IMG/VR virus record: IMGVR_UViG_3300036786_000087
Location: 1-47,731 of that record
Origin: a virus
Lineage: Duplodnaviria; Caudoviricetes
Length of the DNA stretch: 47,731 nucleotides
Reading direction: 5' to 3' (one strand)
The position numbers were made by a program, and so were the translations under genes. Shown in pieces: positions 44,062 through 47,731 of this stretch. The notes below the pieces were generated by a model. The model saw only the letters and a list, made by a program, of their open reading frames with translations. It did no database searches and was not told the DNA's origin. Each line of letters starts with the position of its first letter. Position 1 is the stretch's first letter.

Positions 44062-46361
44062 GCCGCTTGCCTTTCTTCGGTGGAGAGGTTGAGATTCGCC
44101 CGGACCAGGGCTTCGGCCATGGGCGGGCAGACGCTGTTGCCGATCATGCGGATCTGCGCGGTCTTGGTGAGCGGCTTGCCCCTCACGATCGGGTCGAGGA
44201 CGTAGCTGTCCGGGAAGCCCTGGGCCCGGGCGAGCTCGCGCGGGGTGAGCATCCGCATGCCGATGTCGGCGATCACATACTCCTCGCCGTCGATCGTGAC
44301 GGTGACGAGGCCGAAGCGGGCCTTCGCCGTCGCGGCGTCGAGCGGCCTGTCCACCGGCTGGCCGTGCTGGTGCGTCCCGTAATATTTGACGAGGAAGGCC
44401 GCGACCTCGGCGAAATGGGTGCCGCCGGCGGAGACGGTATGGAGAGGCCCATCGGCAGGCTGGCCGTCGCGGCTGGTGCCGCGCAGCTTGACGAGGCTCG
44501 ACGCGACGAGCTGCTGGTGCGAGCCACTGCTGGTGATGGTGCTGAGCGGCTCTGTCGCCGGGCGACCTGCCTTCGGCGTCTTGTCGCTGTTGTGCTGCGC
44601 GATATGGGCGCAGACGATGGCATGGCGCGCCGCGCCAGCCATGGCGGTGTCGAGCGGCGCGTCCGCATCCTTGCCCCGGCTGTTCTGCGCGAACTTCTCC
44701 AGGAAGGCGGCGACCAGCGCGTGCTTGTTGCCGCCCCCGACGACGGTGCCGAGCGGCAGGCCGATGTCGAGATAGCGCGGGCGCTGGCCGGGCCGCTCGC
44801 CATAGCTGGTCTGGATCAGGGTCGCGGCCACGACGGCGAAACCGCCGCCGGAACTGGTGATCGTGCGCAGCGGATCCTCTGCCGGGAAGTAGCGTCCGGC
44901 GCGGGTCGAGGTGTTGTCGACGCTGACCAGGTGGACGGCGATAGCGGCCGTCTTGCCGCCGCCGCCTGCCGTGGTCGCCGGCGCCGGGAGAGTGACATCG
45001 GCGCCCCTGCTGCGGCCGAACTGGCGCTCCAACGTCACCGCGATGAGCGCATGCTTGCCGCCGGTGGCGATCGTGCTGAGCGGATCGGCGACGCGTTGCT
45101 CGCGCGGCTTTTCGCCGGGGCGTCGCTCGCCATTCTGCAGCGGCGCCATGGCGACGCCCACAAGGCAGGCATCGGCCTTCGCCGTCGTTGTCGGATAAGG
45201 ACCGAGCGGATCGACGGGCCCACTCTGGCCACGCCGGCCGCCACAGCCCCCAAAGGTCGGCGCGACCAGCGTCGCCGTAACCAGCCCGAGGGGCGTCGCG
45301 CCGCCGGGCCGCTGGATGAAGCTGTTGGCGGTGACCGTGTGGAGCGGCTCGTCCGCCACATGGCCGACGGCGCCGCCCCTGAATTTGGTGATGTGGGGCG
45401 CGACCACCGCCATCTCGCCCCGGCTTGCCGCCGTGACGGTGCGGACCGGCTGGTCGGGAGAGTGAACGCGACCGTCGGCGCCGGAATGCGTGATCGGGAC
45501 GATGAACGGCGCCGGGCTGTTGACGACGAAGCGCATGATGCCGTGCGCGATCCGGCGGCAGGTCGCATCCTTCAGCGGCCGCTCGCGCTCAAAGATCGAC
45601 GGGCACGGGATCGACCAGTCGATGATCTCCGCCGCGGTCCGCCACGGCTTCAGCTTGCCGGAGAGGACGCCGGGCGACCCGGGCTTGCCGTGCGTCGGTT
45701 CCGGCCAGACGATCGGCTTTCCATCGCAACGGGCGATCAGATAGAGCCGCTTGCGGCTGGTCGGCGCGCCATAGTCGCAGGCGCGCAGCTCGCGCCATTC
45801 GACCTTGTATCCGGCGCGACGGAGGCGGCCGACCCATTGGTCGAACGTCTCGCCCTTGCGCTTCGGGCAGGGCTTGTTGTCGGGGCCGAGCGGGCCCCAC
45901 GTCCGGAATTCCTCGACATTCTCCAGCCAGATGACCTGAGGCCGCAGCCTGGGCCCGAGCCGCTCGACCCAATGGGGCACGACCATCGCGAGATCGCGGA
46001 TGTTCTTCTCGACCGGCTTGCCGCCCTTGGCTTTCGAGAAGTGCTTGCAGTCGGGGCTGAACCACGCGCCGAGGACGGGCTGCGGCACGCCATGCTCGTC
46101 CGCCACCGCCTCCAGCGGATCGACCGCGTAGATGGATTGGCAGAGGTGCTTCGTGCCCGGATGGTTGGCGGCGTGCATCGCCACCGCCTCGGCATCGTGG
46201 TTGATGGCGATATCGACGTCCCAGCCGAGTGCCTCTTCGATCCCGGTCGACGCACCGCCGCCGCCGGCGAAATTGTCGACGATCAGGCCTGTCGGCAGCC
46301 TCAGCCCTGGGTAGGCGTACGCGTCGGGCGGCAGGAAGTCGAAGAGGGCGGCGGGGCTCAC
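44058..46361 (-). CDS. DNA (cytosine-5) methyltransferase with repeat-expanded variable region
   Basis: DNFAGGGG, SPDCKHFS, LENVEEF, YGAPTSRKR, RMLTPRELARAQGFP, IGNSV. Confidence 0.93.
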   Translation of the reverse strand: MSPAALFDFLPPDAYAYPGLRLPTGLIVDNFAGGGGASTGIEEALGWDVDIAINHDAEAVAMHAANHPGTKHLCQSIYAVDPLEAVADEHGVPQPVLGAWFSPDCKHFSKAKGGKPVEKNIRDLAMVVPHWVERLGPRLRPQVIWLENVEEFRTWGPLGPDNKPCPKRKGETFDQWVGRLRRAGYKVEWRELRACDYGAPTSRKRLYLIARCDGKPIVWPEPTHGKPGSPGVLSGKLKPWRTAAEIIDWSIPCPSIFERERPLKDATCRRIAHGIMRFVVNSPAPFIVPITHSGADGRVHSPDQPVRTVTAASRGEMAVVAPHITKFRGGAVGHVADEPLHTVTANSFIQRPGGATPLGLVTATLVAPTFGGCGGRRGQSGPVDPLGPYPTTTAKADACLVGVAMAPLQNGERRPGEKPREQRVADPLSTIATGGKHALIAVTLERQFGRSRGADVTLPAPATTAGGGGKTAAIAVHLVSVDNTSTRAGRYFPAEDPLRTITSSGGGFAVVAATLIQTSYGERPGQRPRYLDIGLPLGTVVGGGNKHALVAAFLEKFAQNSRGKDADAPLDTAMAGAARHAIVCAHIAQHNSDKTPKAGRPATEPLSTITSSGSHQQLVASSLVKLRGTSRDGQPADGPLHTVSAGGTHFAEVAAFLVKYYGTHQHGQPVDRPLDAATAKARFGLVTVTIDGEEYVIADIGMRMLTPRELARAQGFPDSYVLDPIVRGKPLTKTAQIRMIGNSVCPPMAEALVRANLNLSTEERQAA

Positions 46362-46573
46362 AGGAGCGGCTCCAGCCCGTGGCGCTTGCGCGCCTTGCGG
46401 ACGTCCTCAAGGTCGATCTCGTGAGCCGCCCGCCATTTCGTCCTCTCGCCCGCAACGGCGGGATCGCGCGGATAGCGGTAGCACTCGATTTCAAGGACCA
46501 GGCGACCGAGCAAGGTTCGCCGAAAGCGGGCGTTGCCGGTGATGTCCGGATCGCGGCAGGGCGCCATCGCCAT
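46358..46573 (-). CDS. Hypothetical protein
   Basis: TG..R.R..LLGRLVLEIE..WR.A pattern; coupled. Confidence 0.65.
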   Translation of the reverse strand: MAMAPCRDPDITGNARFRRTLLGRLVLEIECYRYPRDPAVAGERTKWRAAHEIDLEDVRKARKRHGLEPLL

Positions 46574-46743
46574 CAGACGAACCCCCGCGCGAGAAACCAG
46601 GCGAGGGTCGCGATGGAGGTGACGATGCCGATGCGGCCGGCGAGGCGATAGCCCGGGTCGCGCTCGAAAGGCATGGCGTGGCCGGCTTGGCGGCCATCCT
46701 TCCACCACTGGTTGCGGCCGCGGGTGTGGAAGCGGGGGCTCAT
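46573..46743 (-). CDS. Small protein with C-terminal TM segment
   Basis: Coupled at both ends; IGIVTSIATLAWFLA. Confidence 0.55.
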   Translation of the reverse strand: MSPRFHTRGRNQWWKDGRQAGHAMPFERDPGYRLAGRIGIVTSIATLAWFLARGFV

Positions 46744-47279
46744 TCGCCGAGTTCGCGAATCTGCGCGAGCGCGAGGAAGCGGAGACCGCGCTGCAGCTTG
46801 TGCAGGCCGCCGGTGCCCAGCTTCTCGTTTGCCTGGCTGGCGGGACCTTTGAGGATGGCCGACAGCTCGGACCAACCCGCGTCGCCCAACTCGCCGAGAC
46901 GGACGAGCGCGGCCTCTAGCAGGTGCCCGAAGGCCGGCCCCTTACTGCCCGCGATCGCGTCAGCCAGTGCATCCGCCGAGGTATCTATCGGCTGCGCAGG
47001 GTCTCCGGTCGATGCGGCGAGCCGGGGACTGCCGGCCAGCGCATCCTCAACTGCCTCTCGGCCTATGAAGTTCTGGAGATCGACCATTTCCGATCGGCTC
47101 GCAGCGGCGCCGACTTCATTGAGGAAGGCGAGTAGCCCTTCCTTGTCGGTCGGAACCTCGACGGCGGCCCATTGCGTGTCGTGATGACCATATTCCCGGG
47201 AGAGGTCTTTCGCCTCCTTCTGGGTGCCGACCCAGCTGGCGGACGACAGGGTGCGCGTGCGGATGCGATAGAGCTTCAT
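46740..47279 (-). CDS. Hypothetical protein
   Basis: AGAGGA-like RBS, ATGA coupling. Confidence 0.7.
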   Translation of the reverse strand: MKLYRIRTRTLSSASWVGTQKEAKDLSREYGHHDTQWAAVEVPTDKEGLLAFLNEVGAAASRSEMVDLQNFIGREAVEDALAGSPRLAASTGDPAQPIDTSADALADAIAGSKGPAFGHLLEAALVRLGELGDAGWSELSAILKGPASQANEKLGTGGLHKLQRGLRFLALAQIRELGE

Positions 47280-47713
47280 GCCGCGATCCTCTTCTCGGCT
47301 TCGGCGATCGCGGCGGCGAAGACGCGCTGGGCTTCGCGGGTGGCGCCGGTGGCGAGGCTGGTGCCGTTGATCCGGCGCAGTTGCTCGACGATCCGGCGGG
47401 CGCGACGGTCGCGCAGCCAGAGCGCTTCGTAGCGGGCGGCTTTCTTGCCGCGGCGCGGCGCGGCGAGCCCGCTCAGATGGGCGGCCAGCGCGGCCATCTC
47501 CTCACATTCGGCGGTGTCGAGCGGGCTCGGGTCGATGAGGTCGCGCGCGGCCGCCGTGGCGAAACCGCTCGACGTCGGGCGGTCCGGAAAGGAAAGCGTC
47601 GCGACGCTGCCGTCGGCCGTCAGGCCGACGATCCGCGCGGCGACGCTCTCGCCGCCGCGGTTGAACAGCGCCCAGGCGCCGACCTGGGGGAATGGTGCGG
47701 GTATGTTGAGCAA
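47276..47713 (-). CDS. Hypothetical protein, first gene of the leftward early operon
   Basis: TTG start with GGGAGG RBS, downstream of the PL-like promoter across the circular junction. Confidence 0.7.
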   Translation of the reverse strand: MLNIPAPFPQVGAWALFNRGGESVAARIVGLTADGSVATLSFPDRPTSSGFATAAARDLIDPSPLDTAECEEMAALAAHLSGLAAPRRGKKAARYEALWLRDRRARRIVEQLRRINGTSLATGATREAQRVFAAAIAEAEKRIAA

Positions 47714-47731
47714 GTTTGCCTCCCGTGTGAA

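Larger units (their letters stand above)
1..47731. mobile_element. Complete temperate lambda-like siphophage genome (circular, about 47,604 bp unique)
   Basis: Immunity, replication, packaging, head, tail, lysis and integration modules are all present; attP is intact; 127-bp end overlap. Confidence 0.97.

Noticed and set aside
5170-46424. Long opposite-strand ORFs (e.g. 5170..8361, 10852..13902, 18252..19772, 19478..21838, 26014..28539, 44067..46424)
   Set aside because: Shadow ORFs of real genes caused by high-GC codon bias; no motifs or RBS
47605-47731. 127-bp direct repeat as a physical terminal repeat or att site
   Set aside because: It splits a gene, equals a typical k-mer length, and a cos site and attP exist elsewhere

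Overview
The window is a complete, circularly assembled temperate siphophage genome of about 47.6 kb; bases 1-127 are identical to 47605-47731. High GC, an alphaproteobacterial LexA box and the protein families point to an alphaproteobacterial host, probably sphingomonad-like (inference). Layout: cI/cro switch with operators; a rightward early operon (CII-like, DUF5131, ASCH, helicase-methyltransferase fusion, DndC/PAPS-reductase-like, PrimPol-D5 primase/helicase, iteron region, DUF6362-like late regulator); lambda-type cos, terminase, portal, protease-capsid fusion and non-contractile tail with a -1 frameshifted chaperone; an SGNH-esterase receptor-binding protein; a lysis module; attP with the 5' half of tRNA-Gly(TCC); a tyrosine integrase; and a leftward early operon with a C5 methyltransferase. 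The most notable locus is an inverted cassette inside the lysis module (37643-38755). It has the architecture of an anti-CRISPR acr-aca operon: a promoter with an operator palindrome, a two-hairpin 5'UTR, two small unknown genes and a terminal Aca2-like HTH gene. Between its two unknown genes, on the opposite strand, is a predicted ~100-nt RNA with its own promoter that begins with a solitary type I-C-like CRISPR repeat. Also notable: a TM/coiled-coil/PAS protein heading the lysis genes, an SOS-box-controlled cassette beside attP, and two candidate superinfection-exclusion genes. All family calls come from motif recognition by eye; no database searches were run.
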